64,000 nt of DNA from Candidatus Sulfomarinibacteraceae bacterium (GCA_963796455.1 CAWCLO010000006.1:192001-256000), one strand, 5' to 3'; counted from the first letter of the stretch, positions 10,614 to 20,666 are shown. The notes: generated by a model from the letters alone, not told the origin. Numbers and translations: made by a program.

Positions 10614-10642
10614 TCGCCAAAAAACATTGCCGGCAACATTCC

Positions 10643-10676
10643 GGAGGCGCGCGATGATCGCGCGCCTCCTTTTTTT
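10643..10676 (+). terminator. Rho-independent terminator
   Basis: GGAGGCGCGCGAT..ATCGCGCGCCTCC stem followed by T7. Confidence 0.85.
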
Positions 10677-10726
10677 GCCCGATTCAGTCCTGCATCTTTT
10701 TCAATATTTCCACCGCGTTCATGTTG

Positions 10727-10911
10727 CCGGGGTCGCTCGGCATCGTGCAGCGCCTGCCAATCGACAGGATTGATCTCAAAGAGGGCCCAACGATCACCAA
10801 ATGTCTGCCAGACGGATTCGAAGATCTCCTCCGGCGAAGCCTCGGTCGCTTCAACCGGGGGCAGAAAACCGGCAGGACCAAAATGACGAAGGCCGCACAA
10901 TACAAAGCCAC
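10727..10911 (-). pseudogene. Remnant of an S41 peptidase N-terminus (Tricorn C1-like helix domain)
   Basis: Signal-like LYCAAFVILVLPVF in one frame, then SPEEIFESVWQTFGDRWALFEINPVDWQALHDAERP in another; no catalytic domain follows. Confidence 0.45.
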
Positions 10912-11101
10912 TCTCTGCTTTGAAGACTCCCCGGTTGTTCCCGAATACCATGGTTGAAATCCACGACCGCCAGGATCCCTGCAAACGGACTCGACATTTC
11001 GACGACACCCGTTGGATCAGTGTGATGTGGAATAATGTCCACACTCGATACAGATCGCGGCCGAAATCCGGTGACCGCGAAACAGCAGGGAGAAGTACCA
11101 G

Positions 11102-13663
11102 ATGAGCGAGGACCCGAAAGACCCACCTTCAGGCGAAGAGCGGGTGGACACCGATCAGCAGGAAGAAGATCTCGACAGGACGCTCTCGCTGGCCGAGCCC
11201 ACGGAGCCTTATAACGCAGCCACACTCGGCGATGAAGACGCCGCAGGTCGAGCAACCCAAACGGTCCAACCCGAATCGATCGCGGGCTACCGGATCATCG
11301 GCAAGCTGGGTCAGGGCGGAATGGGCGTCGTGTGGGAGGCAGAACAGGAGCGGCCCACACGGCGGGTCGCCCTCAAGGTCCTGCGCCAGGACCACCAGGT
11401 CGACGAATACCACGCCCGCATGTTTCAACGCGAAGTGGAGATCCTGGCACGCCTCAAACACCCCAACATCGGTGCCATCTATGAATCGGGCCACACCGAT
11501 GACGGGCGCGACTACTTCGCCATGGAATTGGTCCGAGGCAAAACCCTTGCGGAGTGGCTCGACAGCCGCCCGCCGCTGGTCGATTCCGACGAACTCGGAC
11601 TCAGGCTGCGTCTCTTTCTGACCATCAGCGATGCTGTCCACTACGCTCACCAGCGGGGAGTCATCCACCGCGACATCAAGCCCTCGAATATCGTTGTCAG
11701 CGATGAACAAAGCTCCGACAGCCACAGCGCAACCGGTTCCGGACACCCGATGGTCAAGATCCTCGACTTCGGGCTCGCCCGCCTGACGGATGTGGATGTC
11801 CAGGCAACCGCAGTCTCCGAAATCGGGCTGATCAAGGGAACGCTGCAATACATGAGCCCCGAGCAGGCCCGGGGCGATATGGACGCCATCGACATCCGAA
11901 CCGATGTCTATGCTCTCGGCGTTATTCTTTACGAGATCCTCACCACCCGCCGGCCATACGACGTTTCTCCCGCAGCGGTCGCCGAGGCGGTTCGGGTGAT
12001 CTGCCAGGACGCACCAAAACCCCTTCGCCAGAGTTGGAGCGGCGCCCGCAAGCTTGATGCGGACCTCGAGACCATCGTCGGCAAGGCCCTGGAAAAGGAG
12101 GCCGACCGGCGCTACGCCTCGGCCGCCGCCATGGCCGACGACATCGAACGCCACCTGGCCTCGCAACCGATCGAGGCCCGTCCCCCAAGTGCCCTCTATC
12201 AGCTTCGGAAATTTGCCGGACGTAATCAGGCGCTGGTCGCCTTTGCCGCCGCCGCGGTGCTGACCCTGATTGTTTTTGCCGTCACCATGACCGTTCAGGC
12301 CAAACGTATTCGCCAGGAGGCCCAACGGGCCAACCGCGAAGCGGCCGCAGCACGTGAGGTCTCGGAGTTCATGATCGGTCTTTTCGATCGCTCGGATCCG
12401 ACCCTGACGCAAGGCAATGATCTGTCGGCCCGCGATGTGCTCGATACCGGAGCTGAACGCATCGAGAAGCTCAGACACCAACCCCAGACCCAGGCCGCGT
12501 TCATGGAGACCATGGGTCGTGTCTTCACCGTTCTCGGTGATTTTGAACGCGCCGAGCCCTTGCTCGACCGGGCGGTCGACATCCGGACCGAGTTCGCTGA
12601 AGACGATGAGATCGCACTCGCCGACAGCCTCCACCACCAGGCCAACGTGCTCGACCAGACCGGTCGCTACGATGAAGCGGAAGTCGCGATCCGACGGGCG
12701 GTGGAGATCCGCGAACGAAAGCTGGGCGACGACCCCAGCGTGGCTTCCTGTCTCAACGTTCTCGGCAACGTTCTCTGGCATCAGGGACGTCTGGACGAGG
12801 CCGAGGTGGTGCACCGGAAGGCCCTGGCCATCCGCGAACAGGCACTGCCGGCGGATGATCCGAAGATTGCCCAAAGCCTCCACAACCTCGGGGCGCTGCG
12901 CTACTTCGCTGCCGATTACGTCGAAGCCGAGCGTCTCTACCGCCGGTCGATCGAGATCGAAGAAGCAGCCTTCGGCCGCGACAACCACAACCTGGCAACC
13001 AGCCTCCACACCCTCGCCATCGTCTACCAGGACCAGGACCGTTTTGAAGAGGCCCTGGACCTCGAACGGCAATCGCTTGCAATCAGGGAAAAGGTGCTCG
13101 GTCCTGACCATCCACACGTTGCTCTGAGCTTGACCACCCTCGGAAATATCTACCGCGCCACCGGCCGGGCCGAGGAAGCCGAAACACTGATCCGTCGCGC
13201 CATCGTGATCTCCGATGCCTCCTATGGACCCGATCATGGCGAGACGTGGTGGATGCGGCGTAGTCTCGCTCGAACCTTGATCGCGCTCGAAAAATACGCG
13301 GCCACCGAAAGAGAGCTTGCGATCCTTACTGAACTCGTGAAATCTTCCGATGACCCGACGGAGGAGGCAGGGGTCCTCGAGATCTATGGCGAACTCTATC
13401 TGGCGCAGGGTCAGTACGAGATTTCCGAGGACCACTACCGCCGCGCCATCACGATCCTGGCCGCTGACTCACCGGGAAGTCCCTGGGTCGGATACACGAT
13501 GGCCGGTCTGGCGAGGGTCTACCGCGAGGCCGACCGTATCGATGAAGCCGGGACCACCTTCAACCGAGCCATCGAACTCATGGGGGCGGGCTGGGGCACC
13601 GACGATCCCGACTATCGCCGGGCGACCGAAGAACTGGCTGAATTGGAGTCAAGATCCCGGTAA
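11102..13663 (+). CDS. Ser/Thr protein kinase with TM segment and TPR repeats
   Basis: GQGGMGVV, VALK, HRDIKPSN, DFG, GTLQYMSPE; kinesin-light-chain-type TPRs (SLHNLG, LGPDHPHVA). Confidence 0.92.
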   Translation: MSEDPKDPPSGEERVDTDQQEEDLDRTLSLAEPTEPYNAATLGDEDAAGRATQTVQPESIAGYRIIGKLGQGGMGVVWEAEQERPTRRVALKVLRQDHQVDEYHARMFQREVEILARLKHPNIGAIYESGHTDDGRDYFAMELVRGKTLAEWLDSRPPLVDSDELGLRLRLFLTISDAVHYAHQRGVIHRDIKPSNIVVSDEQSSDSHSATGSGHPMVKILDFGLARLTDVDVQATAVSEIGLIKGTLQYMSPEQARGDMDAIDIRTDVYALGVILYEILTTRRPYDVSPAAVAEAVRVICQDAPKPLRQSWSGARKLDADLETIVGKALEKEADRRYASAAAMADDIERHLASQPIEARPPSALYQLRKFAGRNQALVAFAAAAVLTLIVFAVTMTVQAKRIRQEAQRANREAAAAREVSEFMIGLFDRSDPTLTQGNDLSARDVLDTGAERIEKLRHQPQTQAAFMETMGRVFTVLGDFERAEPLLDRAVDIRTEFAEDDEIALADSLHHQANVLDQTGRYDEAEVAIRRAVEIRERKLGDDPSVASCLNVLGNVLWHQGRLDEAEVVHRKALAIREQALPADDPKIAQSLHNLGALRYFAADYVEAERLYRRSIEIEEAAFGRDNHNLATSLHTLAIVYQDQDRFEEALDLERQSLAIREKVLGPDHPHVALSLTTLGNIYRATGRAEEAETLIRRAIVISDASYGPDHGETWWMRRSLARTLIALEKYAATERELAILTELVKSSDDPTEEAGVLEIYGELYLAQGQYEISEDHYRRAITILAADSPGSPWVGYTMAGLARVYREADRIDEAGTTFNRAIELMGAGWGTDDPDYRRATEELAELESRSR

Positions 13664-13730
13664 AACAGTCGCCGCTGTTTCAATTTCAAACATCAGTGGA
13701 TCTGAAAACCTGTTCAAGCGGCTCAAATCC

Positions 13731-13745
13731 TGGCATCGACCTTGC
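13731..13745 (+). promoter_or_regulatory. sigma54 -24/-12 promoter candidate
   Basis: TGGCAT-CGACC-TTGC, ~24 nt upstream of a GGAGG-ATG start. Confidence 0.6.
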
Positions 13746-13768
13746 TCTAGTCCTCTATGGAGGCGCAG

Positions 13769-13975
13769 ATGCCCTATTGGATACATGAAAATGGCGAAAC
13801 CACCGGTCCGATGCGGGCCATAGATGTCCTCCGACGCGCAACACCCGGAGTCCAGGTCAGTGACGGCCAGGTATGGTTCCGCCTCGATGATCCCGCCGAC
13901 GACGGCAACCAGATTCCCCCCGATACCGACCACGGCGAGCCCAGATCGAATCAGGCCCACATGACGATTCGTTAG
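13769..13975 (+). CDS. Small protein with GYF_2/DUF4339-like motif
   Basis: GGAGG RBS; MPYWIHENGETTGPM..QVSDGQVWFRL resembles the GYF-like Y..G...GP....W pattern. Confidence 0.55.
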   Translation: MPYWIHENGETTGPMRAIDVLRRATPGVQVSDGQVWFRLDDPADDGNQIPPDTDHGEPRSNQAHMTIR

Positions 13976-16900
13976 GTGAAACGCTGAACCCGGCCCTCTT
14001 TGCTGGTCAGAAACGAACACATCGCCGGCACAACAAAAAGTGTCAGCGCGGTTCCCACCAAAAGCCCGCCGATCACCGCAACACCCATGGGAATGCGGCT
14101 CTCTGCGCCCGCTCCGAGACCGAGCGCAATCGGCATGATACCGAGCACTGTCGAGAGGCTGGTCATCAGGACCGGTCGAAAGCGTGATGTCGCACCCTCG
14201 ATGATGGACTCGGTCACCGAGCTTCCCGCCGCCTTACGCTGGTTCGCGAATTCGACGATCAGGATCCCGTTTTTGGTCACCAACCCAATCAACATGATCA
14301 TTCCGATCTGGCTGAAGATGTTGATGGTCTGGTTGAAGTACCAGAGTGAGAACAGGGCGCCGGCGAGGGCCAGTGGAACCGTGAACATGATGATCAGCGG
14401 ATCGCGAAAGCTCTCGAACTGGGCGGCCAGAACCAGGTAGACCAGCACCAGGGCCAGAACAAATACAAAAAGCAGACTGGTCGCGCTTTCGGCGAAATCT
14501 CGCGACTCGCCCGCGAGCGTGGATGAAAAACTGTCGTCCAGGACCCCATCCGCAATCCGCTCCATGGCGTCGATTCCATCGCCGATGGTTTTGCCCGGCG
14601 CCAATGCGGCCGATACGGTGGCAGATTCGTATCGATCGAAACGAAAGATCTGCGGCGGACTGCTGGTCTCGGTGACCCGCACCAATTTGTCGAGCAGGAC
14701 CGGTGCCTGGCCTGGCGCGGTGACATAGAGATTGCGTAGATCGACGGTCTCGTCACGCGCGCCACGCATCACCTGGCCGATCACCTCGTACTGCTTGCCA
14801 TCCATGACGAAATATCCCAGACGCTGTTCGCTCAAGGCGAACTGCAGGGTCTGGGCGATGCGCAGCGCCGAGACGCCCAGATCCTGCGCCCGTTCTCGAT
14901 CGATCTCGACCCGGAGCTCCGGTTTGTCGAATTTGAGGTTGACATCGACGTAGGTGAAGGTCGGGTCAGATCGCGCGGCCGACAGGAACGGCGGAAGCAC
15001 ATCCTGCAGCCTCTCCATATTCGGCGCCTGGATCACGAATTGAACCGGCAGGCCCCGGCGCCGGCCAACGGCGATGGTTGGAGGCTGAGAGACGTAGGTT
15101 TGGGCATCGGTCAACCGGGCGACGTCGCGCGCCAGGGCATTGGCGATCTCAGCCTGGGTTCGTTGGCGCTGATCGGGCTCTACCAGCGTGATCCGGCCAA
15201 AGCCCGAGTTGACCGCTGAAGCCGCTCCGAAACCCGGCGCGGTGACCGTGATCGTGGTTTCCGATTCGGGCACATCCTCGGACATCAGGGTGTTGAGCCG
15301 ATCCATGAACCGGTCCATATACGAAAACGTCGCACCTTCAGGGCCCCGAACCGTCAGGCTGATCTGACTCCGGTCCTCGAGTGGGGCCATCTCCCGAGGC
15401 AGCACATTGAGGAAGAGAGCCACCAGAGCAAAACACAGCAGGATGACCGGGACGGCCAACCAGCGCCGTTGAAGAAGACCCGTGAGACTTTCCTTATAGG
15501 AAGTTGCCAACGCTTTGAAAAACGGCTCGGTCGATCGGTAGAACCATGGTTGCCGCGCTCGTTTTTTCAACAACCGGGTCGCCAGCATAGGCGTCAGCGT
15601 CAGGGCGACGAATGAGGAGATGACCACCGCGCCCGCCAGAGTCACACCGAACTCCCTGAACAAGCGGCCGACGAGACCACCCAAAAACAGAATCGGCATG
15701 AAAACGGCCACCAGGGCCACGGTGGTCGCAATCACTGCAAAGAAGATCTCGCGGGTTCCTTCGACACCGGCCTCCTGGGGACTGAGACCAGCCTCGATCT
15801 TTGCGTAGATCACCTCGACAACCACGATGGCGTCGTCCACCACCAATCCGATCGCCAGCACCAGGGCCAGGAGCGTGAGCACATTGAGCGAGAATCCGGC
15901 CAGATACATGACGAAACACGAGCCGATCAGGGCCACCGGAATCACCACCACCGGGATCAAGGTGGTGCGCCAATCGCGGAGGAAGAGAAAGATCACCAGC
16001 ATGACCAGACCAAATGCGATCAAAATCGTCTGACGTACCTCGGCCACCGATTTTCGGATGTATCGGCTGGAGTCGAATCCCCATCCCACTTCGATATCCG
16101 CCGGCAGGCCTCGCTGGATCACACCGACTCGGCGCTTGAATTCGTCCGCGATGGCGATGTAGTTGGCACCGGGCTGGGGCGTCACCACCACCAGAACCAT
16201 CGGGATGCCGTCGCGCTTCAAAACCGTTCGCTCGTTGCGAGGACCGAGTTCCGCCATGCCTACATCCCGCAGCCGGATGATCCGGTCACCCTCGCTCTTC
16301 AGGATCAGATCGTTGAACTCCTCCGGAGTATCGAGCCGACTCATGGTCCGAACCGGGAGCTCGACCTCGGAGCCCTCGATCCGCCCGGAGGGCAACTCGA
16401 CATTCTCTCTTGAAACAGCGTCGCGGACGTCGATCGGCGAGAGGCGGAAGGCGGCGAGCTTCTGGGGATCCAACCACAGTCTCATGGCGTAGGTCTTCTC
16501 GCCCCAGATCGCGACATTCGCGACATTGGGAATCGTCTGCAACCGTTCGACAAAGGTTTCTTGCGCGATCCTACTCAGCTCGAGCAGATTCCGGCTGTCG
16601 CTGCGCACCGTGATCGCAGCGATCGGCCGTGCATCCGCATCCGCCTTCGAGACGATCGGCGGTTCAACATCCGGGGGCAGGCTGCGCATCGCCTGGGAAA
16701 CCTTGTCGCGAACATCGTTGGCGGCCCGCTCGAGATCAGTGCCAAGTCCGAACTCGGTCTGAATGGTGCTGCGACCGTCGCGGCTTGTCGAAGTCAGGGT
16801 CCGAATGCCTTCGACGCCGTTGACGGCCGCCTCGAGCGGCTCGGTGATCTGCGACTCGATCACGTCAGCGGAAGCTCCCCGATAGGAGGTAGAAACCGAG

Positions 16901-17034
16901 ATATTGGGCGGATCGAGGGAAGGGAACTCCCTGACACCGAGGAATGAGAGTCCGAGCAATCCAAAGAGCACGATCACAACCGACATCACGATCGCCAGGA
17001 CCGGGCGCCGGATGCTGAGGGTGTAAAGAGTCAT
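13972..17034 (-). CDS. RND efflux transporter permease (AcrB/MdtC-like)
   Basis: 1020 aa; SIRRPV start, GLVVDDAIVVVE, KNGILIVEFA, RFRPVLMTS. Confidence 0.95.
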   Translation of the reverse strand: MTLYTLSIRRPVLAIVMSVVIVLFGLLGLSFLGVREFPSLDPPNISVSTSYRGASADVIESQITEPLEAAVNGVEGIRTLTSTSRDGRSTIQTEFGLGTDLERAANDVRDKVSQAMRSLPPDVEPPIVSKADADARPIAAITVRSDSRNLLELSRIAQETFVERLQTIPNVANVAIWGEKTYAMRLWLDPQKLAAFRLSPIDVRDAVSRENVELPSGRIEGSEVELPVRTMSRLDTPEEFNDLILKSEGDRIIRLRDVGMAELGPRNERTVLKRDGIPMVLVVVTPQPGANYIAIADEFKRRVGVIQRGLPADIEVGWGFDSSRYIRKSVAEVRQTILIAFGLVMLVIFLFLRDWRTTLIPVVVIPVALIGSCFVMYLAGFSLNVLTLLALVLAIGLVVDDAIVVVEVIYAKIEAGLSPQEAGVEGTREIFFAVIATTVALVAVFMPILFLGGLVGRLFREFGVTLAGAVVISSFVALTLTPMLATRLLKKRARQPWFYRSTEPFFKALATSYKESLTGLLQRRWLAVPVILLCFALVALFLNVLPREMAPLEDRSQISLTVRGPEGATFSYMDRFMDRLNTLMSEDVPESETTITVTAPGFGAASAVNSGFGRITLVEPDQRQRTQAEIANALARDVARLTDAQTYVSQPPTIAVGRRRGLPVQFVIQAPNMERLQDVLPPFLSAARSDPTFTYVDVNLKFDKPELRVEIDRERAQDLGVSALRIAQTLQFALSEQRLGYFVMDGKQYEVIGQVMRGARDETVDLRNLYVTAPGQAPVLLDKLVRVTETSSPPQIFRFDRYESATVSAALAPGKTIGDGIDAMERIADGVLDDSFSSTLAGESRDFAESATSLLFVFVLALVLVYLVLAAQFESFRDPLIIMFTVPLALAGALFSLWYFNQTINIFSQIGMIMLIGLVTKNGILIVEFANQRKAAGSSVTESIIEGATSRFRPVLMTSLSTVLGIMPIALGLGAGAESRIPMGVAVIGGLLVGTALTLFVVPAMCSFLTSKEGRVQRFT

Positions 17035-18119
17035 GACGCCGATCCGGCCGCAGGCGGAATTTCCTCGACCTCGATTTCGAGGCCCGGCCGCATCTGCAGA
17101 ATGCCGGACGTGATCACCAAATCGCCCACCGCGAGACCGCTGGTGATCTGGACCGCAGTCTCCGAACGAATACCGGTTTCGACCGAGCGCGGCTGGGCGG
17201 CACCCTTTTCATAGACAAACACCTTTTTCCCGCCGAGTTCCGGGATAACGGCGATCGATGGCACCGTCAACGCGTCCGGAATCGAACGCAGGACGAGGTC
17301 CACATTGGCAAAGGCCCCGGGGACCAGTATGCCGTCGGGATTCGGGCATCGGGCGCGCATCCGCAGCGAGCGGGTCTGAGCATCGACACTCGGCTCGATG
17401 GCATAGATCGTTCCTGGAAAGCTCTGTTCCGATCCCTCGACGGCGAAGGAAATCTCTTCACCCACCTGCAACAACGCAGAGTATTTCTCCGGTACGGAGA
17501 AATCCAGTTTGACCGGGTCCAGGTCGTTCAGCGAAGCAATCGTCGTCTGCGATGAGAGATAGCTCCCTGGGCTCACCCACCTCAGGCCGATGATCCCGCT
17601 GAAGGGTGCGCGGATCTCTGTTTTCAGGAGTTGCGCCTCGATCTGCTGCAGCTCGGCGCGAAGGACGTTGAGCTCGCCGAGCGCCACGTCGTAGTTTTCG
17701 CTCGAGATGACCCCGTCGGCAAGCAGCTGTTTCTGGCGGGCCTCGGCGCGCTCGGAGAGTTCGACCCGAAAGAGGGCCCGCTGCCGATCGGCCAGGAGCT
17801 CGGAATCGTCGATTTTCAAAAGCAGCGCTCCGGCACCGACCGGACTGCCTTCCTTGAAGTGGATCGAGGAGATCTTGCCCGAGATCTCGCTCACGATATC
17901 CACCTCCTCGTTGGCGCGAACGGTTCCGGTGGTGGCAAGCCGCTCGGTGAGGTGGATCGGGCTGACCTGATGCACACTGACCCGAAGTGGCTCCTGCAGA
18001 GGCCCGCCGGTCTCGGGAGCAGCAGTTCGGCGCATCTCCATCAACTTGGGTATCGCCAACAGGGCGAGAACAACCAGCACGACAGCAATGCCAACGCGCC
18101 TTCGTGGGATCACTCTCAT
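17031..18119 (-). CDS. RND periplasmic adaptor (membrane fusion protein)
   Basis: N-terminal TM, lipoyl-like EISGKI..EGSPV, IRAPFSGIIG; 4-nt overlap with the permease. Confidence 0.93.
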   Translation of the reverse strand: MRVIPRRRVGIAVVLVVLALLAIPKLMEMRRTAAPETGGPLQEPLRVSVHQVSPIHLTERLATTGTVRANEEVDIVSEISGKISSIHFKEGSPVGAGALLLKIDDSELLADRQRALFRVELSERAEARQKQLLADGVISSENYDVALGELNVLRAELQQIEAQLLKTEIRAPFSGIIGLRWVSPGSYLSSQTTIASLNDLDPVKLDFSVPEKYSALLQVGEEISFAVEGSEQSFPGTIYAIEPSVDAQTRSLRMRARCPNPDGILVPGAFANVDLVLRSIPDALTVPSIAVIPELGGKKVFVYEKGAAQPRSVETGIRSETAVQITSGLAVGDLVITSGILQMRPGLEIEVEEIPPAAGSAS

Positions 18120-18187
18120 CATTTCTCCGATCTTCGCGTCATGCCTCCGAACTCGAAGCGGCTCGAGGGGAGGTCTGTTTTATAGCA

Positions 18188-18286
18188 CGGGGCAGGAATC
18201 CTCATGACAAGCTCGATCGCGATTCCAGCTGCTTCGGGGGCTTTCGAGTGGGCAATGAGGTTGGTGTTCGTGGCGGCGTTGGACAT
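18188..18286 (-). pseudogene. N-terminal remnant of a four-helix-bundle (TIGR02436 / 23S-IVP-like) protein
   Basis: GAGGT RBS then MSNAATNTNLIAHSKAPEAAGIAIELVMRIPAP, resembling helix 1 of this family (recognised from memory); similarity stops after PAP. Confidence 0.55.
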
Positions 18287-18320
18287 GGTCACCTCTGGGT
18301 CGTTCATGCCCATACCCACA

Positions 18321-18593
18321 AGCCGGTGTGGCGGCCGATGTCAAGGGTGCCCTGCACCCTGCCTGTCTTTGACATCGGCCGCCCACCGGCTACCCCCTTC
18401 TGTTGAACGACCCGGTGGTGGCCTCGCCGTTACGGCACCTGATTGCTGCCACTGAATTCTGTCGCTGATTGCTGATCGCTGTTCCCTGTCGCTGCTATCT
18501 GGCGCTGTCGCTGTTCGCTGGCGCCTGTTCGCTGCCGCTGCCGCTGGACACTGTCGCTGCAATTCGGACGCGGACACGGGCAAATGCGAACCG
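18321..18593. repeat. Dispersed repeat copy 1 (hairpin leader + GCTGTCGCTG-rich tract), homologous to 40053-40248
   Basis: Near-identical GCCTGTCyTTGACATCGGCCrCCCACCGGyTACCCC..TTCTGTTGAACGACCCGG..GTGGCC..GCACCTGAT.GCTGCCACTG and distal AATTCGG.CGCGGACACGGGC..GCGAACCG at both loci; inverted repeat 18321-18344 / 18369-18391. Confidence 0.9.
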
Positions 18594-18621
18594 AATATTC
18601 CAACATCCGCCTCGTGATCGA

Positions 18622-19428
18622 TCAGGACTCGACAACTGTCCTTCTGGCCAACAACCCGTTGTATCGCTTTCTCACTTCATCCGGGCCATAGATCCGCTCG
18701 AGACGTCGAACCGTGAAGTGTCCTCGCGCCATGTCCTGGAAGTGGTCCATAAAGAGAACATTGATCCCCGCACCCCCGAGGGCGCCGACAAGAGGCACAC
18801 CCTGGACCATGATTTTTTCACCGACGACGGTGTTGAACCGGGCCGCGATCTGAGCCAGCAGACGAACGATGACCGGTGCGCCGTCTTCGATGACCGATCG
18901 CTGCGCGACGTATTTCGCGGCCTCGCTGACCGCCCGCGCAAGGGCCGCCCGGACAGCGAAATAACCCGATTCGGTGGCATCGTCTTCGTTCGACGAACCA
19001 CCCATGGCAAAGACCTCGAGACACGCCAGGCGCGCCGCTGGGTCAGTGAGATCTTCACCCTCGCTGCGGGCGACATCGGCGATGGACCGCAGGATGATCG
19101 TCGTGGTGATCGGCAACTCGACGGCAAGCGCCGCCAAACCGAAGGCGCCGCCAACTCCACCGACCAGGCCTGCCGCCGCCGTGTGGCTTTTCAACCACGG
19201 TCGCCGCCGCTTTCCGCTACCCAGGGTCAACGCCGCCGTGTTGACCGCCGCGGTCAGGGATTTGTGGACGGTCTTGGTGATCTTGTCGCTGGTGTTGGTC
19301 GGCAACTTGTCCAGGACATACTCGATCGGCGTCCCGACAAGATCAGAGGCCCTGGCGATAAAGCCCGGGTTTTCCAACAACTCGATCGCCGATTCCAGAT
19401 CTTCGAGGTCTTCGTATCGCCAGTCCAT
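18622..19428 (-). CDS. EcsC family protein
   Basis: GGVGGAFGLAALAVELPITTTIILRSIADVARSEGEDL..ACLEVFA..FQDMARGHFTVRRLERIYG. Confidence 0.85.
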   Translation of the reverse strand: MDWRYEDLEDLESAIELLENPGFIARASDLVGTPIEYVLDKLPTNTSDKITKTVHKSLTAAVNTAALTLGSGKRRRPWLKSHTAAAGLVGGVGGAFGLAALAVELPITTTIILRSIADVARSEGEDLTDPAARLACLEVFAMGGSSNEDDATESGYFAVRAALARAVSEAAKYVAQRSVIEDGAPVIVRLLAQIAARFNTVVGEKIMVQGVPLVGALGGAGINVLFMDHFQDMARGHFTVRRLERIYGPDEVRKRYNGLLARRTVVES

Positions 19429-19489
19429 TCATAGATCCTACCTGTCCCGACCCGAATCGTGTCCCACCGGGTCACGAAAACGGCAGCCC

Positions 19490-19555
19490 TTGACAGACAC
19501 GCCATCACGACTCATATTATGCAGAGTGTCGATATATCGAGAATCGATATATCGG
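19490..19555 (+). promoter_or_regulatory. sigma70-type promoter plus tandem palindromic operator candidates upstream of padR
   Basis: TTGACA (19490) ..17 bp.. CATATT/TATTAT; TCGATATATCGA at 19529-19540 and TCGATATATCGG at 19544-19555. Confidence 0.6.
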
Positions 19556-19578
19556 ATTTGAAACAGCACATCGAAACA

Positions 19579-19938
19579 ATGGAACGTTTGATGACACACG
19601 CCTTACTCGATCCGAAGAATCTGGCCCGAAGCTGCCACGAGGCGCTGATTCTAGCGACGCTGGCCGGTGGCCCGCGGCACGGCTATCAACTCGCGCTCGA
19701 GATCGAAGAGCACAGCGAGGGATCGTTTCGCTTCAACCACGGGACCCTTTATCCGATCCTCCACAAGATGGAGTCAAACGGTTTTCTCACCGGATCCTGG
19801 GCCGAACCCACCGGCAAACGCAAACGGCGCCAATACGAGCTGACCGCATCCGGTCGAGAGCGCCTCGAACAACTGCGCAAGGCATGGACGACCTATTTCG
19901 GCGCCCTTTTCAACGTCATCGGGAGGAGCCAATCGTGA
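19579..19938 (+). CDS. PadR family transcriptional regulator
   Basis: LILATLAGGPRHGYQL..GTLYPILHKME..RRQYELTASG; start uncertain (19579 or 19591). Confidence 0.9.
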   Translation: MERLMTHALLDPKNLARSCHEALILATLAGGPRHGYQLALEIEEHSEGSFRFNHGTLYPILHKMESNGFLTGSWAEPTGKRKRRQYELTASGRERLEQLRKAWTTYFGALFNVIGRSQS

Positions 19939-20666
19939 GTCGATTCAATCAATTCCTGCACCACACCGGGGAGCGCCTCACGCTTCCGAAGGCCACAAGA
20001 AGTCTGATCCTGGTCGAGATCGCATCGGATCTCGAGGATCTTTTCCAACACTATCTTCGCCAGGGCTCGAGCGAAGAAGAGGCCGCGGCCAAGGCCGAGG
20101 AAAAAGTGGACATGTCCGACGAGGCCTTGGCCGAATTGGTCCGGATCCACTCCGAAAGGCGCGGCTGGTCTGATCGTATTTCTCGTCGAGTACAGACACT
20201 TTGGGAGCGTATCGCGCTGAGTTTGATTGTCCTCTTCTTCCTTTTTCTTGCGAGCACCGGCAACGAGGTGAATCCCCTTCGGAACGCCAATGCATTTGCA
20301 TGGCCGATCGGCGTGACCCTGATCCTTCTCGTGATCGTCTTTATTTTCCAGATGGTGCGGTTCTCCGACAAGGTGAACCCACGCCGTCACCGCGAAGGCC
20401 TGGCGACGCTACTTTTTCTCGGCGCCGCAAGCTTGCTTATCGGGTTCCTCGGTGTGGGTATCGAATCTTACCGGACGCTGTTTCGAATGGCGGCCGACCC
20501 GGAAAAGGCAGGCGCGATGTTTTCCCGAGCAGTCATCGGAAATACCTCGACCCTGACGATCGCCCTTCTGGTCGCCCTGTGCGCCGGCGTCTGTTGGTTC
20601 GTTCTTGCCGGGAGGATCACCCGGCTCGAAGACAGAGCAACCAAAATGTACCTGGAGGTGAACTGA
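19935..20666 (+). CDS. Membrane protein with N-terminal HAAS/permease-prefix-like domain and MotA/ExbB-like C-terminal TMs
   Basis: GTGA overlap with padR; RSLILVEIASDLEDLFQHYLRQGSSEEEA; 4 TM segments. Confidence 0.7.
   Translation: MSRFNQFLHHTGERLTLPKATRSLILVEIASDLEDLFQHYLRQGSSEEEAAAKAEEKVDMSDEALAELVRIHSERRGWSDRISRRVQTLWERIALSLIVLFFLFLASTGNEVNPLRNANAFAWPIGVTLILLVIVFIFQMVRFSDKVNPRRHREGLATLLFLGAASLLIGFLGVGIESYRTLFRMAADPEKAGAMFSRAVIGNTSTLTIALLVALCAGVCWFVLAGRITRLEDRATKMYLEVN

Noticed and set aside
11129..13435. Long antisense ORFs (also 6942-8357, 55500-57218, 57566-59542)
   Set aside because: They mirror well-supported genes on the other strand, which is typical at high GC, and have no motifs
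18455..18560. GCTGTCGCTG-like repeats as a CRISPR array
   Set aside because: Units are short and irregular with no unique spacers and no cas genes; better explained as the cassette flank
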